A DNA stretch of 64,000 nt from Azolla caroliniana (taxonomy: Eukaryota > Plantae > Polypodiophyta), in assembly GCA_043228905.1 (NCBI GenBank), contig JBHGNT010000015.1, positions 4,650,001 through 4,714,000 on the forward strand. The letters run 5' to 3'. Below are positions 24,993 to 38,800 of the stretch, one piece after another. The number at the start of each line of letters is the position of its first letter. The first letter of the stretch is position 1. A program made the position numbers and the translations under genes. The notes under the pieces are model-generated. The model was not told the origin of the DNA and ran no database searches. It saw only the letters and a list, made by a program, of their open reading frames with translations.

Positions 24993-27900
24993 CCTAATTT
25001 TATTGTCTGTCACATGGGCCACACGCCGTCAATAAGGGAGAGAGAGAGAATAAGGGAGAAAGAAAGGAGGACACGCGGATTCCAAAGAGAGAGCATGAGA
25101 GACAAAGAGAGAAGGGAATAAGGGAATAAGGGAGAAAGATCAACAGGGAACACAAAAGAAGCCGACACAAGAGACAACGATTCAAATCTTCACGTAAACT
25201 GATTTGAGAAAGGATTTCCAATTGTGGTTCCGAGCTGGCCACAACAAAATCAAGCTACAATGGCAAGACGAGATGCAACGGATCCGTGGTGAGCCGTCGA
25301 TCGGGGAGGTCACAGGTTCCCAACTGCGAGCAGAGGCCTCGCGCGATGGTGTTGGCGTCGTGCTTGAGAGAGACCAAGAGTGTTAGAGAGGCAAGGGTGT
25401 CAGAGACCCCTCTTCACTCCAAACACAAAATTGAGAAGCAAAGATCCTAAAAATCCCAACCTATCTCAAGAGAGAAAAGAAGAAGAAGGAGAACCCCCCC
25501 CTTTGTGACCCATCGCCCCTATTTATAGCACAAGGGAGGGCCGAGCATGCAATGACCTTTTTCTCACACCCATACGTGCATGTGCACCTAAGTGCACATC
25601 ACACTTACAAAGGTTTTGGTGCATTTGCACCTTACATTTTACTCTCTCTTTACATTGTTGTGTATATGTGCATCTAAACACAGATCAGATGTGCAATGTG
25701 TTTAAGCTTACATCTAACCTTTCTTTTCCAATTTTCTTTTCGTTCCTATTTACAACATGCTAGTATACATGTCTGACCATCACCCCTTTCATACGTGTGC
25801 ACATTGCACATTCTCGATTTGTCTATTCCACGCAATTTTCACACCGTTGCCGAAAATCTTCACGACATTGTACACATAAGAGAGCATTCACACATTCACA
25901 AAACTCTTACTCACATCTACATACACATTTACATACTTACAATTAAGTTCATGCAAATATACTCACACATATGTATATTCACATAATCAAACTTATACAA
26001 TACCCAAATTTGCACGTACCCAAAAGCCTATACCCTCACTAGAATTCTGGGGAAATAAATCTAACTCTTTGAAAATGTTGACATCCTCGAACACTACACC
26101 CACAAAGACTCGACACCCCATCCTTTCTAGTTCAAGTCCATGGTGGTCCCACTCACATTTAACACACGCGCTTGTGTCTTCGCGACATCGTTTGTGTAGT
26201 TAGTATGATTGACGATGTTGGATGAATTGGCATAATAGTTGTTTTGGGAATTTGAACATTTTAAGGAACTTTGTCCCCTCAAAGATAGATGATTTTTTTG
26301 TGTTGACATCGAGTAACATGTTCATAAAATGAAATCAAGTTTCGATTATGTGAGTAATCATTCCCAAGGTTCATACTAATACCCTTGCAAGAACAATCAC
26401 ATTTTCTCTCAATTTCGAATAAATCCTTAGTACTACATATCAAACATTATATCAATCAAAGTTTTCCATAAGATAATGAGTGTTGGGTATTCTTATATTT
26501 CTACATAGCTTCATAATATCTTCAATAAAAAAATTCAAGAAAGTATTGATTTTGACAAGTTGGCATTACTAGAGCTTTTAAAGGAATTTCAAACCAATTG
26601 CTTATTACATTGTGCTCTATGGCCCCAATTATAATTCTTATGCAATCAATACTTCCATAAAAATTTATAGGATAGGAATTAGGCTTGCCCGTTGTTCATG
26701 ATGACCAACTTTCATATATTTATTGAAAGAGCATCAAGTTGTGAAAAAGGTTCTCCAAAAGAAATTTATCAATTTGTCAAGGTTGAATTCTATCCAACCT
26801 AGAAAGAAGAAATTGTGTGGATATAGTTTGGAAAGAAAAACTTGTACTACGTTATATTTTTAACCTTTAAACCTCAATACCTCATTCATATACCTTTCCA
26901 TTATTTAAACTATGCTTGATCTTGTTAAGTTTGAGCACCATTGTAAAATGAGCTTAACGTGAAGCTAAAGCCTTTTGTGCCTAACTTGATTTAATATTAG
27001 AGACTATATTCAAAGGCATGTGAATCATAAGCTTAAACAAATGAAAGGCACATTGTGAAAGCATTGCCCTTGTGCATATACTTGAATGGGCTTTGAAAAT
27101 CCTTACGATTTCAATGTAATCTTGTGCATTAATTATTGTCCAACAAAACTTTCTGAAATCTTAATAACATAGACATGTCATGTAGTGGTAAACCTTGTGT
27201 ATTGCAAATCTTATAGATGAGGATTCAAGTTTGAGTAATGAATGTGTCTAATGCAAAAGATGCAAAAGTTCTGTATTCTACGATCATCCACACTAATTGT
27301 TTGCTCCTAAAAACATGGCTTTGTAAATCACTTTCTAAAATACAAGGGTGGATAAGAATACCATTGCCTTAGGGTGATGATACTAACAACAACATAATTT
27401 GTCATTTTTGGGGCATGTTGAATGTCAAATGTGTATAAAAACATACGCATTTCCATATAGTGTACACATTCATATGTGGGATGCAATCTCGTGTCTTTTT
27501 TGGGAGGATTTTAAATGTCAATGTGTCCACATATTTACACATGTCTATGTATGTGCATGCATTCACGCACAAATAAAGGACGAATTGGACTAAGCTCATC
27601 TTTAGGTGTGAGTTTCCATATATCCTTTCATCAACTTATGAATGTTATCGGTTCTCCTTGGGGTTGTGTCGAGGGTTTCAGCTATATATACCAAACTATT
27701 GCCTTGAAAAACATTTTATCTCCAACTCTACAAACACAAATAATCACAAGACAATTATTGCCATTGTTTCTTCTTGTTTGGGAGGGAAGCAAGGTTTCCT
27801 TAAGAAACATTTTACCTGAAAGCTCATGCTCAAACCTCTTACATATACCTCAAGGACTCCCTTGGGAGCTATAGTCTATTTCTAGTAACAAGAAAGTAGA

Positions 27901-28049
27901 ATCAAATATAACATTGAACCAATTAGACGGTGCTTTGATTAAACAAGTAACTGCGTAAACATGATAAATAATGTATAAAAAAGAATAGCAATGCATGAAA
28001 CAAATGTATGGATGCCAAACTTAGATTATGTATATGGCAATTGTTGCTA

Positions 28050-28240
28050 TGATGTGTCCCCTAAGGACAACTTTAATACATGATTTTGTGTGTTCTTGTC
28101 TTGTCGTTTTCCTTTAATTATATAAATTTTGGCTAATTTATGATGTATATCTCCATTGTCATTACATGATGTCCCCTTCAAACAACTTTAATGCATGATT
28201 TGATGTGTTGTTGCCTTGTTGTTTTCCTTTAATTATATAA
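28050..28240. repeat. Imperfect direct duplication (~75 bp x2)
   Basis: ATGATGT..CCCC..ACAACTTTAAT.CATGATTT...TTTCCTTTAATTATATAAA occurs twice. Confidence 0.7.
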
Positions 28241-29244
28241 ACATTGTTTACTTGGCCATTGGTCCCTATAATCGTAGTTTAGTACTATGAATGCTTAAAG
28301 CATATTCAACATACCTATCTTACACTTCATACATTATGGCCTTCCGACTATATAAACATTCATCAGACGTCCAACAATAAATGCACTAATGATCCACTCT
28401 TTATGTTTTTTTTAGCATTTCAACAAAATCAGGAGAGGTAAGGTCTCTTTTTTATAAGTTATAATAGGGAACTAGACTTATTTAGTTGAGTATGTCCATG
28501 TGTGGGAACCCTTTCTCATTCCATTGCTACCCATATCTACATCTATAGTCCATCCAGCTTTTGCACCTCCCAATGTGACGTCTAATCTAGTAGCTTTTTG
28601 TCCTTGATCATCATAGCCATTAATTGGGTCGTCAACAAATTTAAACCAAATATAAGTAAATTTTGTTTAGGAATACCTTGGTAGAGGTTAGTGTCCAAAA
28701 CAAAATATTAGTACGTAGAGATAGATATAGTTAGGGCCTTGTATGCTTAAATTATAATGTCATTATTACTTGTGTTGACATGCATGTATATGAAAGGTGT
28801 GAAAAGTCAAACATATAACCTAAGTAAAAAAGGATTATATTATATTTTCTATTACAAAAGTTGATCAAAATTAGTATTAAAGGAAGAGAAAGAGGAACGA
28901 TGCCCAAACCACAAACCACAAGGAAAGGCAATAATACAAACACTTCAAGGTGCGTGCAATTAGTGAGATCTCTATTTAATGCAATTCATATACCTCATTT
29001 GAGGCAATGCCATGCAAATCATATAGAAAAAGGAAACTTTGATGCAATACCACAATATGTTAGTGTTGATTAAATGGGGATGAAGTTAGAAAGAGGCAAC
29101 AAATTGCCTCAATACTAGTCGTTTGGCAATGCTAATCAAATGGGAATAAAGTTAAAAAATAAAAAACGTGATAGGAGAACTACAATACTCACATGTTATT
29201 CATCAATTACCGCTGGATATAGAGATTTTACAACTCTTTGATAT

Positions 29245-29825
29245 TGTGGTGTCCTTTTTGTGCAGGTGCGTGCCTTTTAGCACACCACCTCTTTTAGCAC
29301 ACATGTAGCTAAGCCAACCCAAATGGGTACCTTTGTATCTTCTATCAATTGAACAATAAGTAAGAAGTTAAGCAAGCTGGTTTTGATCCCTTTTATGTGC
29401 ATTTCACATAATTGGTGGAGAAGCGGGGTAAAATTTTAGCCACTACCACCTCATTCATGGCGTCCCAATTCCCTCTCGTCGCCTCCAAAGCTGACACCCC
29501 TATGCAGCCCAAGTTCTCGCAACCTCAAGAGCGGCCACCCCCCTTCCAAATGGAGCAGCTCCTACAAGTTCTCTCCAACGCCATGCTTTAAATCAACCAC
29601 ACGAATCAAGCTATGCTCTCCTTCCACTCCACTAACAAAAACCAGTCTTAAGATCAGCCAAATTCCAACATCCTTCTCTGGCTTGCCCTCTAAGGATGTC
29701 TAAGCTTGGTTGGACCACTTTGAGATAATCTCTAGTTACCATCAATGGTATGACGAGCGCAAAGATTTGGAAGTTCGCACCATGCTCGAAAATGTCACCG
29801 TCACCTGGTACGTCCAACAAGTAAG
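29245..29825 (+). mobile_element. Ty3/gypsy element G, 5' part: 164-bp LTR (29245-29408), tRNA-Ala-type PBS, gag fragment
   Basis: TGTG...CACA LTR, PBS TGGTGGAGAAGCGGGG at 29413-29428, gag-like WLDHFEIISSYHQWYDE...TWY. The LTR recurs at 41829. Confidence 0.8.
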
Positions 29826-31170
29826 TGTTGGCCCTAGGAGTATGATCCAGAGGAGAAGTGTGGATGGGGAAAGAGTGGGAGCGGATGAATATTATGTAAA
29901 TATTAGTTAGTAATTATTAGGGAAAGGACGATCGAGCGTTCAAGGAAGACATTGGAAAGGGTCCAGATGACATATCAAACCAAGTTCAAGGATTATGAGG
30001 AGTAGGCAACAACATTAGCAGCATTAATAAAGCAGATGAAGAAGGACAATGAGGAGACAGAGGACAAAGTGAAGATGGGCATAAAGCAGATCCTGATCAT
30101 AATCGGAGCTCGACAGGAATAGATGGAGGAGAAGATGGAGGATTGCTCCGTGGCGATTTGGAGCCAATGGGCCAAGCAGGCGACTGAACTTCAAGTTCTT
30201 CCAGCGGATAGCGAGAACCGGAAAAAGGACGGAGATCATTTCTACAAGATGGATGAAGCTAGTGTTATCACCATCCGGGAGGAGTTCTCCGATGACTTTT
30301 ACGCCATGGTCGATGCACAAATGGACGCGATCCGAAAGCGGCTTGAAAGATTCGAGGATGACAACGACAAACCACATTGGAGTTGGAAGGCTATGAGCAG
30401 GAGCGAGGATGGAAGGAAGCCGAGAAAAAAATTAACCAGATAAATATTAGTGAAGAAGAGCAGCAGCCGGAGCTAGGGACCTCCATACAACAGCAACCAT
30501 GGTTACATGATCAACAGCCGAATAAAGAGCCGGAGACGCAATGGACGAGAGCGTAGTTGGACACACAGAGACCGGAGCAGACGATAGAAGCAGGATCGGA
30601 GCCAGAACCAAAGGACAAGTAGCCGAAACAGGAGCAGCAATGACAAAGGACGGAAAATGGAGGAGGAACCACTCGAAACCTGGACCAGATCATATTGGAT
30701 TTACGCGATGAGGATTGATAGAGCTAACCCGTGGGTTCGACATGCAAGGCATTGTCCCACAGGCATGCCATGTGTTGGCCCTAGGAGTATGATCTGGAGG
30801 AGAAGTGTGGAAGGGGAAAGAGTAGGAGTGGATGAATATTATGTAAATATTGGTTAGTAATTATTAGGGATAGGACAGATCATGATAGTTGTATCGATCC
30901 AGATCCGCACCGATTAGTAGCGGGTAGCCGATAAGGCACCATTTTGTAATCTGTACCGGATGCCTATAAAGGATCCGGATTAATGTATGAATCTTATGGA
31001 AGTAATACAAACTTAGTGTTCTTGCTCTTAATCTTATTGTTATCTTGTGTACTTTGCCGTTTGTGCCATAATTAAGATCCGGATAAGTGTGTGGTTCCAG
31101 AAGACATTCCAAAAAGTAACCGGACAGTGTTAAGAGAATAAGATTCAAATTATCATCCATATCTCTGACA
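29826..31170 (+). mobile_element. Deleted LTR element (H): partial LTR 29826-29923, gag-like remnant, LTR 30773-31170
   Basis: A ~100-bp direct repeat starting TGTTGGCCCTAGG. The second copy has TATAAA and ends CTGACA. No TSD. Confidence 0.65.
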
Positions 31171-31214
31171 ACCCCTTTGAAGACGTGTTCGAGAAGGAGA
31201 CCCTGTGTTTGTGG

Positions 31215-31372
31215 CTAGTCCGGCCCAAGATAAACAATGTCGCACTATCAGCAAAATTTGATGAATTCTTCAGACTTAAACTCTCCCCCGTTGTCAGTTG
31301 GAAGGAATTTCAGCTTTCGACTGGAATGGTTCTCTACCATGGCATACCATTCCTGGAAGATCAAGAACACTC
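31215..31372 (-). mobile_element. Copia integrase fragment, same family as element I
   Basis: The minus strand encodes TDNGGEFKSEEFIKFC, homologous to 36857-36990. Confidence 0.75.
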
Positions 31373-34300
31373 CAAACGATCCTCTGCGCAAGGATTTGTG
31401 GGTAACTTTGGGGTTTCAAATACACACCACCGGGGGTGACAACCCGTATAACCATAAAATGGCGTAACTTTAGTCGATGAGTGGACAAAGTTATTATAGG
31501 AAAATTCGGCGAAGTGGAGAATATCCGCCCAGTCATCCTAATGATAGCTTAGAAAGCACCGAAGATACTGTTCCAGCGTTTGATTTGTTCGTTCTGCCTG
31601 GCCGTCGGTTTGTGGGTGGTAGCTGGAGGAGCAGGTTACAAGTGACCTTGAGCATTTTAAAAAGGTGCTTCCAGAATTTCGAGACGAATTGGGGTTCACG
31701 GTCATTGATGATATTATCAGGAAGGCCATGATGCCAACATACTTCATGCATGACAATTTCGGCGGTTTCTTCACTAGAGATTTCCTTAGTACATGGCAGG
31801 AAATGAGCCCTCTTCGTATATCAATGTACTATTGTTAAAATCACATTGAATCCCTTAGAGACTTGAAGATCTGTGATGAAATCTAGAGCAATGGATTGCC
31901 ACGGCTTGCTTGGAATTGGTAATGGTTCTAATAAACCATATGGATGATGCCTTGGCATTTTTGCTCTACAACATGTATCACAAGTCCGAACAAAATCTTC
32001 GACAAATTGTCGCATACAAGGCCACCAGAATGATCATTGTACTAAATCTAATGTCTTAGTACTACCAAAATGCCCAGCTGTATATGTGTCATGACAGTTT
32101 TGGACTACTCGAAGGCGGCAAGAACCATTAGGAACATACAAGAGTTTCTTAAAGAATAGTAATCCATCATGACATTCGAATTTTCGATAGTCCGTACCTG
32201 GTTGTTGTGACTCTGAACAAGATGCTCGAGAGGGATCAATTTGTGCTAGAATGGCTTGGGCGAAAGCATCTGTCTTCAAATCCTCACGTATGGTATCGAT
32301 AACGTGGGAATCTGAGGGCATGCCGAAGACCTGTGTGCTTGTAGTCGTGTCGGTCCAAAGATTACTTGCTTTTGGTTATCGAAAGTTGGCTCGCCGGGAC
32401 GTGGTGCTAGATACAAACGTCGTGATAATGCATCTGCCTTCCCTTGGTGCTTCCCTGGATGATATGTAATTTTGAAGTCGAAACGCATGAGGAATTGGGC
32501 CCACTGAGCTTGACGTCGATTTAACACACGAGCACTCTGAAAGTAGGCAAGGTTTTTGTGATCACTGAGTACGGTGACTTGATGAGCGAATCCCTCTAGA
32601 AAATGCCTCCATTGCTAATAGCTCCTTATCATGAATTTCACAGTTGATTTCGGCGGCGTCAAACTTGCGTGAGTGGAAAGCCACAGGATGTAGCTTTTCA
32701 TCATTACCTTGTTGTGACAGAATGCTACCCAATGCGAAATCCGACGCGTCCGCTTCCATGATGAATGGTTTTTCCGGATCAACGTGAGCTAGAATAGGAG
32801 CTAATGTAAATGCCTTCCTAAGATTCTCAAAAGCCATGTCCTCTTCTTTAGACCAAATGAACGATTATCCCTTCTTAGTAAGTTGTGTGAGAGGCAGAAT
32901 AAGCTTTGAGTAATCTTGTATAAACTTGCGGTAGAAATTGGAAAAGCCTAAAAAGCATTGCACATCTCGCAACAAACGCGGAGTTTGTCACTCTACCACC
33001 ATTTTGACCTTAGCTGGATCCATGGAGATGCCTTCTGAGGAGATGACATAACCCAGAAATTCCACCTGGTTGCACCCGAAACTACATTTTTCCAGCTTTG
33101 CATAACAAGACTATGTTCTCGAAGTCGTTTTAGTACTAACAGTACATGAGAATCATGCTCTTCTTGGGTCTTCGATTAAACCAATAGATCATCCAAATAG
33201 ATGATCAAAAAAACATCCAAGAGATCTCAGAATATATCATTTGCCATGTGCTGGAAAACTGTTGGCGCATTAGTGAGGCCGAACAGCATGACCGTATACT
33301 CGAAGTGCCCATATCTGGTGCGAAACGCGGTCTTCCATTCATCTCCTGGTCGGATCCGTACGAGGTTTTATGCTCCCCGTAAGCTTAGTGAAGAACCTTG
33401 CACCATCGATCCATTCTCAAAGACTTGAGATAAGGGGAAGTGCATACCTATTTCTGATGGTGACCTTATTCAAGCCACGGTAATCTACAACAAGACGAAG
33501 TGATCCATCCTTTTTCTTGACAAAGAAAAGGGGTGCGCCGGCTGGAGATTTCGAATGATGAATGAAACCATTTTCCAAATTCTCCTCTATATAGGCTCAA
33601 AGGACTTCTACCTCGGTTGGTGATAAATTGTAGATCGGTCCCCATGGTGGCTCTTTTCCCAGTTGTAAATCAATGGGGCAATCATACGGTCGATGGTGAG
33701 GAAGCATATTGGCTTGTACTTTATCGAACACATCGGCATAATGATGATACTTCTTGGGAAGTTGAACGGTGGACTCCTCTTTAGTGGTGTCGGAGGGTTT
33801 TACTGATATTGCGAAGAGAAACATTTCTTCCTTGCGTCCTTCTTCCCACAACTGATGTAGCGAAATGGTTGCAATCTTATGAGTAGATCCTCGGGCTTGT
33901 TGATACCGGATTTCTCTTGTTCTCCAATCTATGTCTAGGTTATGTAATTCAAACCATGGTAATCCTAAAACAATGGGATGTTCTGGGATACTAATTATAT
34001 TAAATGATACTACACACACTAGATTATCTAGGACAATATTAACGGGCTCTGACTCTTCTATGATATTTCCGGAAGCAATGAGATGACCATCAATGACTAC
34101 TACAGAGGCTAGACACGAGAGTTTTCTGAGAGATATCTGATGAGCTTGGGCAAAATTCCTATCCATGAAGCAAGAATTAGCTCCGGAATCTAGAAGTGCT
34201 AAGACATGTACTGGAGGGGTACTTTTAGTACTAACTGTTACTTGGGTTACAAACACATTGCTAACTTGGGGACAATTTACTACAATATGCCATGGTCCAC

Positions 34301-35822
34301 CGCAATAAAGACATAGTTGATTTGCTCGACGTCGCTGCTTTTCTTCTTCTGATAATGGTCCGCGATGACGTGTAGTGTCAATCTCCATCGGAGTCGGAGT
34401 ATTCATTGGAGACGCATTATATGACTCCCTCGGAAAAGGTTTTGCTACCACTGAGGCGTAGGTGGGCTCTGATCTTGCCCTCAGCATCTGGAATTGCCAT
34501 TCTGAATGTCGTTCGAAAAGGCGGTTGTCGCATCTCACCGCGCAATTGATTGCATCTGTTAATAACTTTGGTTCTTTGGGGAAGGTCAAGAGTAAATCCT
34601 TGACATTGTTGCATAAACCATAACGAAATTGCTCCATCAATGCTTGATCATCCCAAGGGATATCGGCAGCGAGTAGGCGGAAATCTACAGCGTATGCAGA
34701 GGCTAGACGATCACCTTGGTGTAATCGTCGGATTTTGTTGATTATTGTCCTTATGCTGTCAGTATCTCCAAAACAAGCTTTAAACTCACTTATAAATTCT
34801 TCAAAATTGTTTGGTAATGGAGATTCCTTTTCTAGCAACGGAGCAAACCATGCCAATGTTGAGCCACTAAGTAGGGTGCCTACTAGTCCCACTCGTGATG
34901 CATCAGTGGGATATCAAGAAGGATGCATTTGAATCACTAAACGTACCTGATTCAGAAAACCTCTAAACTGTGATCGGGTCCCATCAAATTTTGCAGGAAG
35001 ACCGATCTTGGGTTCTTTGTGAATCCCTTGAGTGCTTGATCCTTGTTGTTGTAGTGATACAATAGTCGCTTCAAGTTGTTGTACACGAAATGTCAGCTCC
35101 CCATGTTGTTGTTTTTCCAGCATTATTTGCTAAAGATCCCCCAACAAACGGTGATTTTCTTGTTCTAGTGCTACAAATTTCTCTTTTAAGCACTGGAACT
35201 CCGAGAAAACAGATTGGTATTCCTGAGTGCTAACAGTTTCCATTTTACTAGGGAGGATAAGAGGATTAGTATGAAGGTAAAAAAGGGGTAAGAAGATGAG
35301 GGAAACTGGAAAAAAGGGGATATGTAAGAAGATAAAAGGAAGAGGAGGAAAGGAGGAGACGGAAGGAGAACAAATCGGTTCAAATTGTTAGGAATTGTAC
35401 TCAGACAGAGAAGAAATTAGTATTAAGAGAGGAATATTAGTACTAAGAGGAATAGAGGGTGTAAAACACTCAAGAGAAGGAGAGAGAGTGTGTGTGTGAA
35501 TGAGTGAGAGATCGAGGGAGAGAAAATGATGATGACAGCGATATATTATGTGAGAAGAATATACAAGGAAGGCTAGGAGGCTTAAGACTGGCGTTGAACC
35601 GATTTGGTTCGAAATAATGTCTTGTGCCTCCTTTTATAGTGTTCTTAGGAGTAGTCCTGAAGCTTCTAGAATGTTCCAGAGAAATCTGGAATATACATTA
35701 ATTTTCTATTGTAAAACTTAAATAAAAATAATATCCTACGTATTACAATAGATAGTGTAATGGTCAAGAGCTCGACCCATGTAACATAAGGTCATGAATT
35801 CAAGTCTTGTCATATCATGACA
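31373..35822 (-). mobile_element. Tcn1-like chromovirus (Ty3/gypsy), 3'-truncated, with 5' LTR 35386-35822
   Basis: Gag PAKFDGTRSQFRGFL, knuckle CLYCGGPWHIVVNC, protease ALLDSGA, RT (YLDDLL), [27 protein letters not shown]. No tRNA PBS. Confidence 0.93.
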
Positions 35823-38800
35823 ACAACTACTGCAAGAAACCCGGACACAATAAAGCCAATTGTCGTGCACTCAAGGCCAAAAATGATAAGGCTCAGTGAG
35901 GCAAGCAGAAGAGTAGCCGACACAAGGAGATCAACTACGTCGGCTCTACAGCCGAAGTATTATCAAACGACCCGAACATACTATCAATTGAGAACCCAAT
36001 CAAATCAAAAGTTTTGTTTACAACTGAAAAATCGAGCACATGGCTCTTAGACTCAGGTGCGTCCTTTCATGTGACTCCTCATCAATCCCAATTCCGGCAA
36101 TACACAGCCCGACAGTCCGACTCAGTACAAAGTTCTGCTTATGACTGAAGAATTGAGCACATGGCTCTTAGCCTCGGGTGTGTCCTTTCATGTGACTCCT
36201 CATCGATCCCAATTCCGGCAATACACGGTCTGACATTCCGACTCAGTACGAGTAGGAAATTCGCAACATTGCGACATAATTGGAATCGGCACGGTAGAGC
36301 TCAACCTTGCAGGTGGCTCTACATTACTACTACACAATGTCCGACATGTACCTGAGCTCTCAAGACCACTGATCTCAGTCAGACAATTGGATGAAGACAG
36401 CATTCGTGTTGGCTTCTCATCAAGAGGGTGGACGCTCCACAAGGGGAAGCCCCTGCTTGCTCGAGGACCGAAGATACACTCATTGTATTCCTTGCACATC
36501 ACACTCAGAGAGGGTGACCTGTTTCTGGTTGACATCCCCGAGTCATCACTATGGCATGGACGACTCAGACACCTCAGCAAGGCCGACGTCACGCACTTAT
36601 TCCAAGCCGAATACATCCCCAAACTCTCCTTCTCGGATCATCAATTCTGCGAGCATTGCCAATAGGGAAAACAAACAGCCGCTACACACCCATCATCCGC
36701 CCCGAGAGAATCGAGTCCGCTCGATTTGGTCCACTCGGATGTCTGTGGTCCCATGCCACATCAATCTCTTGGCGGTGCTTTGTATTTCGTCAGCTTCATT
36801 GACGACTCGACTCGGAAGGTGTGAACTTATCCGATCAAAAGGAAAGATCAACACGAGTGTTCTCGATCTTCTCCGTTTGGCTCGCTATGGTGGAGAATCA
36901 ATCCGGCCAAAAACTGAAATGCTTTTGGACCAATAACGGGGGAGAGTTCAAATCAAAAGAATTCGTCAAAATTTGCTGACAACGTGGCATCAGACATTAA
37001 TTTGCGGCACCCCACAGTCTGGAGCAGAATGGAATTGCCGAGGGAATGAATCAGACAATTCAAGAAAGGATAGTTTCCATGCTCCAACACTCCAGACTGT
37101 CGGATGGCTTCTGGGCAGAGGCCCTACTTACAACAGTACACATAATCAGTATGTCGCCGAGCAGGCCTCTAGGACTTCGGATCCCTTAGGAACTATGGAC
37201 CGGTAGTAAGCCAAATTATAACAAGCTGAGGATTTTCGAATGCGAGGCATACACCCTCATCCCGAAAGATGATTGCCACAAACTTGCACCAAGGTTTAGG
37301 AAATGTATTTTCCTCGGTTATGGACCAGATGGTGAAATAGGATACCGACTCTAGGACCCCGAGCATAGACAAATCGTCTGAAGTTCGGACGTCGTGTTCA
37401 ACAAGTCAACTATGCATCAATCGGTTGAAAAACCCATCGAAGTCCGAAGGGTAATTTTCTCCAATGTGCCAACCCTTCATGAAGGCCCAGCTCACAACAC
37501 GCGGTCAATTTCAAACACCGACTTGGCAGTGTTAGACTCGGCACAGCCAAATGACTCGGATTTGGACCATCCGACCTCAACACCCAATGCAACCAGTCCA
37601 ATCATACCTCGACGATCTGAGACACTATCACAGCCCCCGGAAAGATACTCTCCTGATATCTTCCTCATGGATGTCGGAGAACTGACGTCATACGAAGAAG
37701 CATCGACATCAGCCGACTCGGCCACTTGGCATCTGGCAATGGAGTCCGAAATGAACTCCGTTCGTGCAAACCGCACTTGGGACTTGGTCGAATCACCGAA
37801 GGATCGACGTGCCCTTCTGTGTAAGTGGGTCTATCGAGTTAAGGAGACTCCTGACTTGGCCACCCTGAAATTCAAGGTCAAATTAGTAGCAAAGGGTTTT
37901 TGACAAGCATATTGTGTCAACTTCGACGAAATCTTTTCACCAGTGGTGAAAATGACCACCCTTCGCTTTATGTTGGGCGTAGTGGCAGCCGAGAATTTGG
38001 AGCTGATTCAGATAGATTTCAAAACGGCTTTCCTCCACGGTGATCTTGAGGAGGAAATTTATATGGAACAGCTGAAAGGCTTCGTGGTATCTGGTCAAGA
38101 ACATCTAGTCTTCCGACTCGGGAAGAGTCTTTACGGCCTGAAACAGATGCCACGACAATGGTACAAGAAGTTTGACAACTTCATCCAATCGATCGGCTTC
38201 TCCGAGAGCGATGAGGACCACTGCCTCTTCATGAAAACAGCTCGGGATGGATCACCCATCTTCCTCATCATCTACGTGGATGACATGCTCATCTTCGGTC
38301 GCCATGACAAAGAACTCGTTGAACTTGTTCTACAACTACAGTTAAAATTTGCCATGAAGGACCTCGGTCCGGCATGACACATCCTTGGTATGAAAATTAG
38401 TCGGAATCGAAATCGAAGACAATTGTTTCTATCTCAATCCGACTACATCGGCCGTGTCCTAGAATGCTTCAACATGCAATCGGTGAAATCTGCCTCAACC
38501 CCGCTCCCTATTAGCACTCGGTTGTCTCAGCATGAGTGTTCAACATCCGGTCTGGAGGGGGAAATTATGAGATCGATACCGTATGCACCGGCAATCGGCT
38601 CTCTAATGTACGCGATGGTCGCGACACGGCCCAACATCGCTCATGTCGTCATAGTCATCAGCAAGTTTATGCACAATCCTAGCCGATCGCATTGGAACGT
38701 AGTCAAGCATGTGTTCAGATATCTAGTGGGCACAAAAGACCTTGGTATTCTATTCGGCCCAAACGATATCTCAGGCATAGTCGGATACACCAACTTGGAC

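Noticed and set aside
26100-27300. Possible decayed DNA-transposon coding sequence on the minus strand
   Set aside because: Many stops and no motif I can assign with confidence.
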